A program made the position numbers and the translations under genes. From Andalucia godoyi And28 (taxonomy: Eukaryota; Protista; Jakobida), in assembly GCA_009859145.1 (NCBI GenBank), contig VRVR01000022.1, forward strand, positions 274,857 to 338,856: a DNA stretch of 64,000 bases, written 5' to 3'. The notes under the pieces are model-generated. The model had not been told where the DNA came from. It ran no database searches and saw only the letters and a program-made list of their open reading frames with translations. Below are positions 63,073-64,000 of the stretch, in pieces. Positions within the stretch are counted from its first letter, which is position 1; every line of letters begins with the position of its first letter.

Positions 63073-63486
63073 TGCGATGGGAGCCACGAATTACAAAAAC
63101 CAAAGGGGATGTGTGTGGGAACTTCCATCAGAAATTGAAGAACACGGAGCGCATGCAATTGTGCGTGCTGGGGCCTGACCTCCTAAGACGACTGATTTTT
63201 CGCAGGATCGATTGCTGAACAAAATTGCAAAGTACCCAGTCAGAACCAATTATAACCAATTAGCAGTGATGCAGTGCATCGCCGGCGGCGTGGCCCACAG
63301 CCTCGCACAACAAATCGCGGGGAAATGCCCGATTTTGGTGAAGGACATGTGCTCAGAGGGGGGGACCCACAGTACCTTCTCCCAAAAGTCCAAGTCCAAG
63401 CCCCACTTAAACAAGGATCGTGTTCCGGAGACCATTCCACAGCAGCGACAATCCAAGACACTGCTACATACATACGAAGAATACAA

Positions 63487-64000
63487 ATGACAGAGTTTTG
63501 GGAAATAAGCTTTCAAGACAAGGGAATGATGTGGGGCGAGGAGCCCGCTCTTTCGGCAGTTCTCGCTCGGGATTATTTTCTCCATCAGAACGCCAAAAAC
63601 GTGCTCATACCGGGTTTTGGATATGGACGGAATGCAAAGCCTTTCCTCGATGCAGGCATGTCAGTTACTGGGATAGAAATTTCGAAAACAGCAATTGACC
63701 TCGCAAGGAACAACATGGGTCTTGAAACCACCATATTTCACGGCTCAGTGTCCAGCATGCCATTCGATCGTCAAGCGTATGACGGTATCTTCTGCTACGG
63801 ACTAATTCATCTACTTGATGATCATTACAGAGAGAAGCTCATCAAGGACTGTTATGCGCAACTTGCTCCCGGGGGCTGCATGATCTTTACCGCCGTTTCC
63901 ACTAAATCTCCAATGTATGGAAAGGGAACCCAGGTAGGGCCGCAGCGATTCGAGAATTTTGGCGGTGTTCAAATATTCTATTATGATGAGGCTACAATAC
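63487..64000 (+). CDS. Bacterial-type class I SAM-dependent methyltransferase, 3'-partial
   Basis: Not in the ORF track; hand translation: MTEFWEISFQDKGMMWGEEPA...NVLIPGFGYGRNA...VTGIEISKTAIDLA...GSVSSMPFDRQAYDGIFCYGLIHLL...LAPGGCMIF. Open to the window end. Confidence 0.85.
   Translation, partial: MTEFWEISFQDKGMMWGEEPALSAVLARDYFLHQNAKNVLIPGFGYGRNAKPFLDAGMSVTGIEISKTAIDLARNNMGLETTIFHGSVSSMPFDRQAYDGIFCYGLIHLLDDHYREKLIKDCYAQLAPGGCMIFTAVSTKSPMYGKGTQVGPQRFENFGGVQIFYYDEATI

Noticed and set aside
1-64000. tRNA, rRNA, CRISPR arrays, autonomous transposons
   Set aside because: No T-loop/cloverleaf signatures, rRNA-conserved stretches, repeat-spacer arrays, or transposase/RT/integrase motifs seen by eye.

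Overview
Eukaryotic nuclear DNA from a gene-dense, intron-poor organism, most likely a flagellated protist. It has flagellar/basal-body genes, nucleus-encoded mitochondrial proteins, and short AT-rich, microsatellite-filled intergenic spacers; a discobid/jakobid-like source is my guess only. About 30 protein-coding genes are supported, nearly all single-exon. I saw no tRNA, rRNA or CRISPR array. Housekeeping genes: Tim13, mS45, SmF, PSMA7, PPAN/Ssf1, CDK10/11, COQ10, Acl4, kinesin-1, crotonase, zeta-COP, FAHD1, RPL6. Most unusual items: (1) a single-pass receptor joining an intact PstS phosphate-binding domain to a class III adenylyl cyclase, a candidate extracellular-phosphate-to-cAMP sensor; (2) a full-length SMCHD1/GMI1-like GHKL-SMC-hinge protein with Ala at the catalytic Glu position; (3) a Furry/Tao3 scaffold fused to a C-terminal RGS domain; (4) SmF with a ~165-aa acidic/Pro-rich tail; (5) bacterial-type RlmM and SAM methyltransferase genes; (6) three decayed copies of an unknown minus-strand element, with a 310-bp 99%-identical core shared by two copies and the Acl4 gene lying inside one copy. 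All family assignments come from motif recognition by eye, not database searches.
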